From: Mizuhopecten yessoensis
Lineage: Eukaryota
Assembly (NCBI RefSeq): GCF_002113885.1
Contig: NW_018408801.1
Location: 1-62,857, forward strand
DNA: 62,857 nucleotides
Direction: 5' to 3'
The notes under the pieces were generated by a model. It saw only the letters and a list, made by a program, of their open reading frames with translations. It searched no databases and was not told where the DNA came from. A program made the translations under genes and the position numbers. This document shows positions 49,743-62,079 of this stretch, one piece after another. The stretch's first letter is position 1. Each line of letters starts with the position of its first letter.

Positions 49743-52700
49743 ATGACTTGGATGATGAAGAGTGTGTTGGCAGTAATTCTGATATTGGGTAAGAACTCAC
49801 GGCACACATCTAATACCACCCGTGTCTCCTCATTAACATTTGTCATAGGAAACTTATGACTTCTTATCAAATTCATCCATGAAACAAACGAAGATGTAAC
49901 AATACGTGTTTCGTTGGTTAATAATATGTATTACTGTATCAATTAATAAGCTTTGCACGTTCATCTTGCTCTGTAAATATTTGAAAATGTTGCGATTCAA
50001 CCATGAGTGACTTTAGTGTATTGCATTGGCGTTGTCGATTAAGAGTATGGGAGCACGTGTTCATGTACATAGATATCCATTTACACATACGTCTGCGTTG
50101 AACACAACCATTTTTTGCAGCGGGACGAATTATGACATCATATGAACGCTGTTTTTTTTTATTGAAATAAAGACAAAAAACACGCGTATCAGGACAATAT
50201 TATTTAAATAAAATGTCACCCTACCTTAAAGACACTGAAGTTACGATAACCCGGTCGTAGAATAAATGTAATCAGCGTTAGTTTGTATGTAAAGGTGGAA
50301 TATTAAACCCCGGATTAGAATAAGCTGGAAAAATAATAAACTCCGGCAAAAGCAGGTTTTAATTTTTCCGATATTTTTTTCTACCTAACTATTTATTCCA
50401 CTATTGTAAATGTACAAATGTTTATATTTTATATAATCAAGGGATTGATCATTGTTCACCTAAGAAATACTTTCATGAAGCAAAAACAAATACTATGTGA
50501 ATAACATCAATTTCAGGGAAAGGCAAAATTTTCTGAGGCATTAAAGTATGTTTTTTCTTCTTCAAATGTATAAGCAAGAGGTAAAGCACAAGCCCTTGGG
50601 AACAATTTCACCATCGACATGGGAACACCAGGTAAACATTGCTTGATAGTTCGTAGATATAATTATTAACGGCTTTCAAACTATCTAATTAAATTAAAAT
50701 TCATACCCTTTTCATATCATGAATAAGTACAGTTACAAGTATATGCCAATACATAACGAGATTACAAAGAAATATTAGCCATTGTCATTTTCAGCAGGTA
50801 GCAAAATATCTTATGTGTGAGGTAGTTTAGACTGAGTCAGGCTGGTAAGATAACCCTTGCCCACTCAAGGTGATATTGCCACAGGTGCAATATCCTCATC
50901 TCTTACGATAATCTGTCAACTCATTGTATAAAGTTCCGGAAAACAGATCCGTTTTCCGTATATGTGTTTTATAATGTTACGATTACGTCTGTCCCATCCT
51001 GTCTGACAACTGGTTTATTTACACTCCGTCCATTACATATGTAAACTCTTTTTAAAATTTCGTTAGTTTTGTAATTATGGAATTTTTACATATTTCTGCT
51101 ATACCAGTAAGGTTAATGTTAAGGCGATGATAAGGCGGGCCTCTTTTCCACAGAAAAATATTTGTGCACGAGAATGAACACATTACAAACTTTGTTGCAT
51201 CAGTAGTAGCGGTTAAACACACTGATACACAATAGCATTGAGTAACTGATATGTATTTAAAATCTTCTAATGGTCCTGTCGTTGAGTTTTCCTTCTTATA
51301 CTGTAATCAAATTACATTTTTTTTGTTTTTTTTGCGGCATACATTTTGTCAACAAGGCTCATTATATTTAAATCGTCTATTTTTATGACGATATTTCATA
51401 TTGGAGCATATATTCAATTTGATCGCGAGGCCTTTATCTAAACAAACGATAAATACCCATTCTTGTTGTAGTGTTATTTCGCATCAATAGTATTTGGCCA
51501 GATAATCAAGTCCTGGTCAGTAAAACAAATAAATACATTTGTAACAACATGAAGGACGACCGACTTTATATATCAATGTCTTGATCAGACTTTAGAGTTT
51601 ATCATTTTTAATTCCATACCCCACTCAATAGCAGCTTGAGACCCCGTGTCTGCCGTAAATCCCGAAGGATACTGTATACGGGAAAGTTTTGCTCAGTCAA
51701 ATCGCCTGCGAAGGTAAAATCCATTTTCACCCAATATTAAATTCACACCTCACATTTGATCACTGTTTATGATGTTTGTTTACAAATGTTCGCTGTAATA
51801 ATGGTTTAGCCTTCATTTCGAAGAGCAAACAAGTGTAATTAAAACTGCAGCGAAACTTTAACGGGATTCAGTTATACCGGTAGAAAGTTGATATAATAAG
51901 AATATGGAATGTCCATGTGATATCTTTTTCATAGATGTACCAAATTTTGTACCACTCACGGCACGTAGTCGAAAGATTCGTATCAGGCCAGAATTAAATT
52001 AAATATCAGGTGATAAAGTAAAGTTAGGACTATCGAGCGAGCAGAGAGGTGTAGCATGACGGATTGGGCTGACATATAGCGTGTACTAAGGTACCGGTAT
52101 TGCAGATGAAAATTTATTCGTATCGCAGACAAGTTGATGAACACACATTTTGCCTATGGATTGTCATTATTGATTTATTTCAGTCATTGGTGATACCCTA
52201 GTATACCTCCAATAAGAGAAGTTGCAAAACAGTATGCATGTTGCTTGATACATGTACCTTTTCTCGTTTTTAGTAACCCCAATGCCTGTTGTGCCTAGTA
52301 CAACACTGCCTCCGCCTACTTGCACCCACTCATTCGTTCTCCTAGACGGATCCTGCTACAAAGGCATCAAGGTGTCCGCAACATGGCCTGAGGCACTGGT
52401 ACGGCAAATCAGTGTAGTTGAATATTGTTTATTTTTCAACATTCAATCAAAATGAGCTACAATTTGTAAGTCAGTGTAGGTTTGAAGAAAAACATATCAA
52501 TCTCTTCAATCCCAATAACACAAACATGTGCATACATTTCATTGATTGATCTCACAACGTTGTTTTGACAGGACTTAGACAATGATTTAGCAATAAAAGG
52601 ATGCCTCTGTAGCCTTACATCGCAAAAAACTAACGTGCCAAATGAAATATGACGTGTTGTCTTTGTTGTGGTGGTTGTAGGCTTATTGTGAGGTATTCGG

Positions 52701-53732
52701 GGCCGAGCTAGCTATCATTAAATCCCAGCAGGAGCAGACAGCTGTGGAAGGATACCTAAAGACTTTACATGATCGTAAGTATGCGGACGACCATAGCGGG
52801 TGGATCAACTTATGCAATGGCTTTGTTTTAGTTGGCATATATTGCGATCTGGTTCGGTTTCTAGATAATTCTAGCATTAAATGCAAAAATGTTTTTGTAC
52901 CTATGAACATTGCTACATGGCATACATATTTTTTTATTTATATATAGTATATTTGCATAGTTTTCTCACTTTTTGTGTTGTACATATAAATCATGTGTTT
53001 GTGTTTATTCTGTGCAATCCATGTGGAATGCTGTCAGGACAACACATGTCCTGCAAACCAGTTTAAGAAAAAGGACAATAACTTGTAGATGGTTTTGATC
53101 AATGTCACTCGCTCATTAACTATTAAGTGAGCAACCTCTCTTTGCAGCTGAGTATGGTAGTACCGATCATCATCAGTACTGGTTCGGAGCTAACGACTTT
53201 GTAACTGAGGGGGACTGGAAGTGGGCAGTTACCACGGAGACGATCAACTATACCAACTGGCGGCCCGGCAATCCAGACAATGGCGGCGACGACAAGGACT
53301 ACGACGAGGAACACTGCGCGGAAATGTCAGAAGAACACAGCTGGCAGTGGAACGACAATGGGTGTGAGGAGGAGAAGCACTTCCTGTGTGAAATGATGTA
53401 AGCGACAAAGACACGTGCAGAATAGAACTGGTTCAACCGGTCAAACGTTTGATTTTTTAGAAAAAATATATTTGTTTATCACCATGTCGCACATCTATCG
53501 ATAGTTCATATAAAGAAAGCTCCACTTTTAATGATGTCCTTGTTGACATCACATGGACCATTTCATAACAGCATGATTCAGGAACGAACGTCCATGGTAT
53601 AACAATTAGTCCTATTGAATATAAAGAGTGACAATGGCTTACAGCCACCATAGGCTAACATGTCATTTACCTTATCGTTAGTAAATGTTATAACATGATG
53701 CTGACTTCTGTTTCAGTAATGAAGAAAACTAG
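49743..53732 (+). CDS. Secreted single-domain C-type lectin, perlucin-like, ~195 aa; exons 49743-49788, 50575-50631, 52274-52398, 52681-52774, 53148-53397, 53717-53732
   Basis: MTWMMKSVLAVILILARGKAQ...CTHSFVLLDGSCYKGIKVSATWPEALAYCEVFGAELAII...YWFGANDFVTEGDWKW...YTNWRPGNPDNGGDDKDYDEEHCAEMSEEHSWQWNDNGCEEEKHFLCEMINEEN*. Six CTLD cysteines, a WIGL-like WFGA and WND. The last exon is supported by its homologue at ~57974. Confidence 0.9.
50660..51029. repeat. ~370-bp direct duplication, copy B (lectin intron 2)
   Basis: Near-identical to 48731-49099. Confidence 0.95.
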
Positions 53733-53854
53733 TTCACAGCCATTGCACTGGTGCCTAATTATTTGAAGGTAAATTAACAATATTAGGTATTTAGTAATGA
53801 TACTAAAATAATTTGTATTTATTTACTGTTACAGTTTTTAGAAGTTTTACGATA

Positions 53855-53983
53855 ATACCCACAAAGGGTTTATAGAATAATATATATTTTTATCTCTACA
53901 ATTACGTGATTTATATCATATACCCACAAAGGGTTTATAGAATAGTATATATTTTTATCTCTACGATTACGTGATTTATATCA
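53855..53983. repeat. 65-bp tandem duplication
   Basis: ATACCCACAAAGGGTTTATAGAATA... at 53855 and 53920. Confidence 0.9.
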
Positions 53984-55092
53984 GATCTTTAAATTCTTAT
54001 TAAAACACAGAGTAAATACAGTTATTGTTGCTGCTGTCATGGTATTTTCTATCATGATTTTTTTATTTATTATCACAAACTTTTATTCTACGCCGTGTCA
54101 AAATTTCCTACTTCATAATATCAATATATGACACAATGTGTTCCCTAATTATCATCAATATATGACACACATATGTTCCTTAAATAATTTATCAGATCAA
54201 AAAATGTAAATGTTCCCGTGAAATACATAGTGAAGTAAAGATGGGACATACTTGTATAATGTGCAAAACACGTGTGTCCAACTTAATTAGATCAATATAA
54301 TACACAAGTGTGTACCCTACATTATCATTACAGTAGTAACATGTGTCTTCTCCCTGCTTTATCATATAAACATGTTTGTTTCAAGAATTTTCTTCTTTAT
54401 TTTACAGGATGGAAAATTGATAATGAAGATTAAAATGAAGTTTTCATTTTTTTTACAATTGATATTTAAAAATAAAAAAAAACAGATATTGTTCTCTGAG
54501 TTTTATTTTGTTTGATTACGTTAATTGATTCAGTCACAATTTTAATTCTCCGTTGATATACTATTAACTCTAAAACTCATACATTGTAGACATTCGGAAC
54601 ATCTCGCCCCGATTACAGTTCCTTCCATCGAAGATGACCAAATCGGCCGAGGAGATCCGCGTGACATTGTAGATAGTTATGGGTATAAGACACCTGTTAA
54701 TCTGCATTATTATGTATGTAATGTGTTAAATTGACTCCCCCTCTCCCCCCTCCCCCACCCAAGAGGTTTAACTCCTCATTAGCTCCCAAAAGTACCTATC
54801 CAAATCTATATGAAATTTTTGTTTTACATGCATACATTTAACATTAACAAATTGTTTTGGGGGTTAAACTAGATAAGAGTAATAAAAATCGAAGATATAT
54901 GTCGTGAACACTATGATAATATCCTTTTAAATATGAGATGACTTTCTCCAAGCAAACCAGCTAGCCCCTTGAAGATAAATATTTACCTTCGATGTGAGCA
55001 GGCATATGTAGATAACGCATCACTATTGTTAGCTATTCAAATGATTAATATTCAGAAAGAATTTATTAAGGAGAAAAAATCAAGCAGCAACT

Positions 55093-57990
55093 ATGACATG
55101 GCTAATGAGAAGTTTGCTGGCAGTTGCTTTGTTCGTGGGTAAGTATTCACGACATATATCAAATGACGTCCGTGTAAACATGTCTTCCCATTTCCATTTG
55201 TCACAGAAAAATTGTCTTCTTATCAGTTTGAAAATCATGCATGAAACTGATTTCAATTTTCCGATAAGGATGTATATCTATTGTTAAATCTACCACGTTG
55301 ACAAAATAACGATATGAGGTATTAGTTGATATCCATGTAGTATTGGTATAATATACCAAGCATTTGCATGCATGTTTGCTTGCCCTGAACACCATGAGTG
55401 TACAATGCGTTTACAAATCTCTTGTGTACTGAAAATGCAAATAAGGGGCCCGTGAGAGACTTGTTTTGTTTTCTTTCCTTTTTTAGGAAGGGGACACGCG
55501 TGCATGTGCACACCATACATCAGTTTCCTCATTTGACAAATGTTTTCACGCGCAGAAGATATGCACAATTTAAGCAAAAGGATGCTCTTGGTCACAATTT
55601 CTGAAGAAAAGAACGTACGTTTAATTTACGTTAATTTAATTTTCACATGGTAGAATAGATGCAATCAATACATGTTTGTATACTATGGTGGGATATATAA
55701 ATCAGGATTAGAAAACATTTGTAAAATAATGAAATCAGGCTGAAGCAGTCTTCATTTACTTTTGTCAACATTTTCTCACACATTTAAAATATTGCACCGT
55801 AATACATTCACGTATCTTGATAAAACAAAAATTATTGTAACCAACAGGTTGATTATTGATTGTCACGATTTAAAACTTAACTAAGTAACTCTATGCAAAA
55901 AATATGTGTTTGTCATGATATATAAAATAAACTCCACCTTTGAATGCAAATGCCGAAATTCCAGTGAGAGACTATATTTGCAAACTTATGAAAATATATT
56001 CTATCCATTACAACTGCAATAGCAGCAGGTAAAGCACAAACACGTGGAAACAACTTCACCCTCGATTTTGGACCATCAGGTAAAACACCATATCATACTT
56101 TTCTGATCTTAGAATTGTGCATAAAGTGAATAAACACATAAATGTTGAATATACAGGTGTGTTTTTTACATCCATACATTTCTTATGCGTTTATGTGAAT
56201 GTTGCTTTTGGTAACCTCAATGCCTAGTGTGCCTAGTTCAACACTGCCTCTGCCTACTTGCACACATTAATTTGTATACCTGGCCGGATACTGCTACAAA
56301 GGGCATCAAGGAATCAGCTACAACATGGTCCGAGGCATTGGTATGTTATCTTAATGTTGCACAATATCGTTTATTTTATTTTATTATTTTCCTTTTGTCG
56401 TTATTTTTGCATACTTTGTCAGCGAATATGTAAGACAATTGTTTTGAAGAAGTGTTCGATAACAATTCCACAAAATATAATATCCATTTCGCAGTCTTTT
56501 AATTGATTTCAAAACAGTTTATTCGCGAGCTCTTGCTTATGATGTCATATTGAAATGATGCCCTTTTGTCGTTACGCCACAATTAATCGACATTTCAAAT
56601 GATGCATGACGTCCTGTCATTGAAGTTATTGTTCGAAATATTTGTAGGCGAGGTGTTTGGTGCTGAGCTAGCTAATATTGGATCCTAGGAGGAGCAGACA
56701 GCCGTGGAGGGATACCTAGCTTCTATACATGATCGTTAGTATGTGTCCAATATCAGCGTCCAGATACGTGTTTACTGCAGTGCAGATTTGATTTCGGTTT
56801 TAACTCATTTTAGCATCATATTCAACATTAATAACCGATCACCAGTGAAGTTATTAAGAACACAGGACTTGTTTGTTTCTTTTCTTTTAATGGTGTCCTG
56901 ACTTCTTGAGTTTGGATAAAAAACATTTTGACAAAAACGAAGTGAACCAGATTTACGCTTTCGATTAAGTGAGTTATAGCTGGTCAGCGTATTAATCTTT
57001 CTATGTAGTAGTATGGCAGTAGAAAACATCACGAGTACTGGGTCGTAGCTAACGACATTGTAACTGAGGGGTACTGGAAGTGGGCAGTTACCACGGAGAC
57101 CATCAACTATACCAACTGGTACAACAGTAATCCAGACAATGGCGGCGACGACAGTATCCACGACGAAGAACACTGCGCTGAAATGTCATAGAAACGCAAC
57201 TGGCAGTGTAACGACAACGGATGTGAAGAGGAGAAGCACTTCCTGTGTGAGATGATGTAAGTTATGGAACGGAACAGGCTCCGGGTTATTGATTGCATTG
57301 TTTATCAGAGTATCAGTTTTCATTGACATGTTTTGTACCCATCGTTTTTCTTTTAAAGGGTGATTTTACTTTCTATGTCACACATCGATGTTGACATCAC
57401 GTGGACTTTTGTATGTCTGTAAGGTCTGTAAATTATTTAAAAAAGAGATATCCAGCGTACATTCGTATGGTGGAATAAACATCCTGCTTTGCCGAGGGTT
57501 TTGCCCAATTTAAAAAACCCGATGGTGGAATTTCCCTATCCTACACCCTTGTCCATGATGGAGTATTTTTCCCTTATTCCAACCAGCAGAATAAGCTCAG
57601 AAACCATGAAAATGCGTTTGGACTGGTCACCATTTTAAAAAAATATCAATTTTTCCCCTTTAGACAAAAATGAATCAGCCAGCCAGATTTAGCATATATC
57701 GTATTTGCAAGCAATGTTTCCGCAGAAAAATCTTTCTATCGTGTACGGTAAATATATCGTAAAATGTTTTAATTTCATCACGTCGCCGGTTCTGCATTGC
57801 GGCATAGGAGAGTTATAAATTCGTGATGTCATGTTATTGTTGAGGCCTTGTGACGTCACGTCACTTGAAATGGGGTGTAAGAGAGAAATTTCCTAAACCC
57901 CTCTCTTACCCTTAACAGCTGTATCTTACACACAGGGAAATGAGAGAAAACATTGTACCTGTTTGTGTTTCAGCATCGAAGACCATTGAG
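55093..57990 (+). pseudogene. Tandem pseudogenised paralogue of the C-type lectin
   Basis: Exons 1 (55093-55138) and 2 (56023-56079) are intact. Exon 3 has the acceptor AG->GG (~56211), TAA at 56268-56270 and frameshifts. Exon 4 has a 7-nt deletion and TAG at 56686-56688. Exon 5 has TAG at 57189-57191 and WND->CND. Confidence 0.9.
57440..57950. mobile_element. Probable non-autonomous DNA-element insertion in the last coding intron of the pseudogene
   Basis: About 500 bp with no counterpart in the matching intron of the intact paralogue (53398-53716). It contains hairpin-like blocks (CCGAGGGTTTT...AAAACCCGATGG). Confidence 0.4.
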
Positions 57991-60900
57991 TGACGGCCAT
58001 TGTACTAGTGCCGCCCTACTCAATATGATATTTAGTAATGATAACAAAATGCTTATATTAATCAGCCTGATACTTTTTTTACACAATACCAATTGAAGAT
58101 GTATCGAATACTACATGTCTAATGGTTCCTTCGATAAGTTAATATCTTTCTTTAAAATTCGATTTGTTTCCGTTGATACATTATTTTGTTTCCCGTGTCA
58201 AAGTATGTACCATCAAACGTCTTTAAGACAAACTTTAGATCTTTTCACCACGTCATATATATCATTTTAACAGTTGATACAAGTATTTTCGCTACTTTAT
58301 CATATAAGTATGTGACACGTGTGTGTCAATGTAGCTTTCTAAATCATATCAACGTGTGACACATCTGAGGTACCTTTTTGATCCGATCAGTATATTACAC
58401 ACGTTTGTTGTTTTTTTCTCGATTTTTACAGGACGAAATCGGATTATTAAAAATTAGAACGAAAGGCACTGAAATTGATGTTACTGATAATATTGAAAAT
58501 AAAATCATTGTTCCTTTGATTTCTGGTTTGTTTGGTGCATTTTGTGATTCTTTTGACAAACCTTTTTGCTTTCACTGTATATATAACAGTTTTAGATAAT
58601 GACAATAATAGTATTAGAAATGATATCCTAACGTCAGAAAAATCCTTTTGACAAACATATGCTACAATAATTACACAGCTATTTCAACCGTTAAGTCATA
58701 ACGTGATTTAAAAATATATAAGCGGCTGTCCAAAGATACCTCTCTAATCTAGCGCTACCATTCTATCTCCCATTGTTTGACAATGATGACTGCCCAAAAG
58801 ACCTTAAATAACTTCTTCTGAATTATTTTTGTAAGTATTGTTAAACTTTGGTGGCTGTGCAAGAGGAACCTCTTTGCTCAACATTCCCATTGAAAGCTAC
58901 CAAAGCTTATCCCTTTGGTGCCCGTTATACATTTTCAAATGTTATTGTATGTAATGAGTTTTTTGCACGCAAACAGTTATCTTTATGGCGACACATATAT
59001 GGTATAGGGATATGCTTACCATGTGTGCCCTTGAAAACAATCAATTACTCTGAAACCTTATCGAGAAATCTGACACAAAAAGGGACAATAACTACCACCA
59101 GAGTAAGGTCCAAACACTATTAAAAGTAGGTCACCTAGAATAGCATAGATTACTATTTCTGTGTTTAGTCGACATGTGTAGATACTAGTTATGTTAAAAC
59201 TGGGACATGGGTCATGATCTTAGATTACAAACATTTATAAACGAAACCGGAAACAAAGCATGTGTGTGGAAACGCAAATGCATACATTGGCTATATATTG
59301 CTATGTATATTGCTATGTCATGTCCGACAGTCTGGCAACGTTATCGCTGTACCATACGCTGTATAATTCATTTTTAACTGTAGCATAATGTTCATAAGAC
59401 AATACAACGGACATATTGACAAACTACACAATATCAAAGTTTATTTGTATACTTGAAAAATAAAAATAAAACATTGCTCTATAAAAAAAACGAGATCCTG
59501 ATAATCGTTTCTATTCTGTAGGTGCTGTATTTGTTTTTTGTACATGTTTCAGCGTGTTTAATTCTAACGATAGGCCTGGGCCACTAGGGGCATGTACAAC
59601 AGACATATGTACATTCTACGACAAAGGGTCTAAATCATGGGAGACACAGAACTCATAATAAGACTTATTATATATGTTATTAAAGAGGAATAGAAATATC
59701 GTAAATTAGAAATCGTCACGTTCTTCATAAAGCGTTGTAATGAGAAGACGTTTATTGTCATACTGTAAGAAAATGTCCAAAAATGCTATTGACGAAAAGG
59801 AGATTAACGAATAAAGTCTTTACGTGGTTGCCATGTACAAAATATCACTTTTGTTTTTGAAATTCCTTCCACAAGGAGTCGCATCCGATATTACATATAA
59901 TTATTTGAGCACTACTGACAGCGCAAAATGATAATTGACCTAGGCGAGCCAGTAATGACCGAGTAGGTAGGGTGTATAATTTGCATAAAGAAGTTATTTG
60001 TGTCTGTGCAAGATGGTATGATAAAGTTCATTGTTGTTAGCAAATATTTCAAACCTTCGGCAATGCATCTTCATAAAGTACATATACCGTTGATTGCTTC
60101 TTGTTGCAAAGTCATGCTAGCAGATTTAATTATAGTTTTGGCGTTAATTGCTTCATATTGCAACCTTCAAAATATTTTTTTTTCTTTCTCAAACATGTAC
60201 TATGTCTTCGCAATAACAGGGGTCTTGTTGTGTTTTATATAGTATACTATGGTGTTACTGTGTATAAACCGTCAGTAAAGACCTGAGAAGTCATATATAT
60301 ATAACATTCATCACGTTTCTCCTATAAATGTACTATACTGTAAGTTATATTACCTGACGTAGATAGTCCTAGGTCACGTGACGCGACCAATCAAACCTCG
60401 ACAGATCCGTTACAGGTCAAGGATGATGTGTGGCCGCTCACACGTGTGTTGACCAACTTAAGTGGCCCTCGTATTAAAAGTCAACTAAACCAAATCGATG
60501 CATAATCCTTTCAAATAAACAATCGTTTATATCCGTTTAGCTGCCATTTTTATCATAAATAAAGCACTTCAAAAGTAGGTTAGCAAGATGACCATTAAAT
60601 CATATGTGTTTTGTTCAAAAACCAGCATATAATATTTGTATGAGCAGTCAATGAGTATTTACCAATACAAATATATATAACAAAAAAGTATGTGCCGTTA
60701 AAACGAATGAATGTATGAAATAATCAAATTAGGGTTTGTCGCTAGATGGTTGATAACACTAGCAGATTCCTATAGCATATTTGTTCTGCTGTCATTAGTC
60801 CATACTGCAAGGTTTCTTTTATTCCAGAATATAGTAAATCTGTTTTGTCTAAATGTCAAATTAAATGTCAACATGCACAATTTATAATATTAATAATATC

Positions 60901-61536
60901 CAATATTAATATAGCGCCCTTTAAAACTTGCAAAATTACTCGTAGGTGCTTTATATTAATAATGGTATTCCTTCAGTGACAGTTATCGGATATTGGAGAA
61001 AAAACTGACACACAAATCTTCATTGTACATTTCATTACAATTTACAAAAACAAAAATAAAAAAACGAAAAGCTGTTAAGCACGTCAACTGACACAGCTGT
61101 AAATTCGAAGCACACATGTGTTTATAAATATTTAGATTATACGATTAGGCCTTTATATAGCTATTTTATATAGGTATATTGTTTACATGTATTATTTGAA
61201 CTTATGTAGAACTGTAAATGTATAATGATCATATCTTGATCCTAGTTTAATTGATTTTGAGTACGATATAGATGACACTTTTATATTCTCTTGGCACTTT
61301 TTGTAAAACAAAATAATAACAACGAACTAGAAAAAAATAATGTGAACACATAGTACAAATGTTTCACTAAATTCAAATGTCAATACAGTGTACCAGAAAC
61401 CCAAGGTAGCCCCAGATAACAAAGACTAGAGTCATATACGAATATTCTATTTAAAGTAATGAAACTTTGATGGAATATGTCATAATATGATTGTACTGAG
61501 GTGCCCTACTTGAGGCGTACAAGATAAGGATTAAAC

Positions 61537-61591
61537 ATGGCGGCACCAGCACAGTTTTGTATTTTCATTCTGCTCGTAAAACTTGTTGCAG
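61537..61591 (+). CDS. Signal-peptide exon 1 of a further secreted protein (probably a C-type lectin) that continues beyond the window
   Basis: AAACATGG context, MAAPAQFCIFILLVKLVA and phase-1 donor CAG|GTAATA. The downstream repeat units encode VCAECPDGFMLY. Confidence 0.7.
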
Positions 61592-62079
61592 GTAATATAC
61601 CATTGTTTTATGGCTATTTTCTCAAACACACTGGCAATATATCAATGTACCAATTGCCTGCCTCCTTTATTTTTTTGTTGTAATTTGTTTTGTTTACATA
61701 AATGTGGAACTATCAGACATTTTCAATAATGGTTAAAACGCGATTTCTCCTGTGTTGTTTAATAAGCTGTATTTTCTACATATAGATTAAAGTATCGTCC
61801 CATATGTTCTATGTTCCACTTTTTTCCCATCCATTTATTCATATTTAGTTTAATAGCTTGACATCACATGTATGAAAATAAGGGTCGTCGATCTAACAAA
61901 CTATATAACAAACGGGACGACGTATATTTCCCGATCATATATTTCATTTCCTGAGCAGAAACATACCGCCCCTTTCTAAACTTACCCCTACCAAAATAGG
62001 TCAGTGTGCTTATCATTATTTCCTAGGTTGTTGTTGACCTACTTTCATTATATGTGGGTAGCGCACAGTTTAACTGAAT

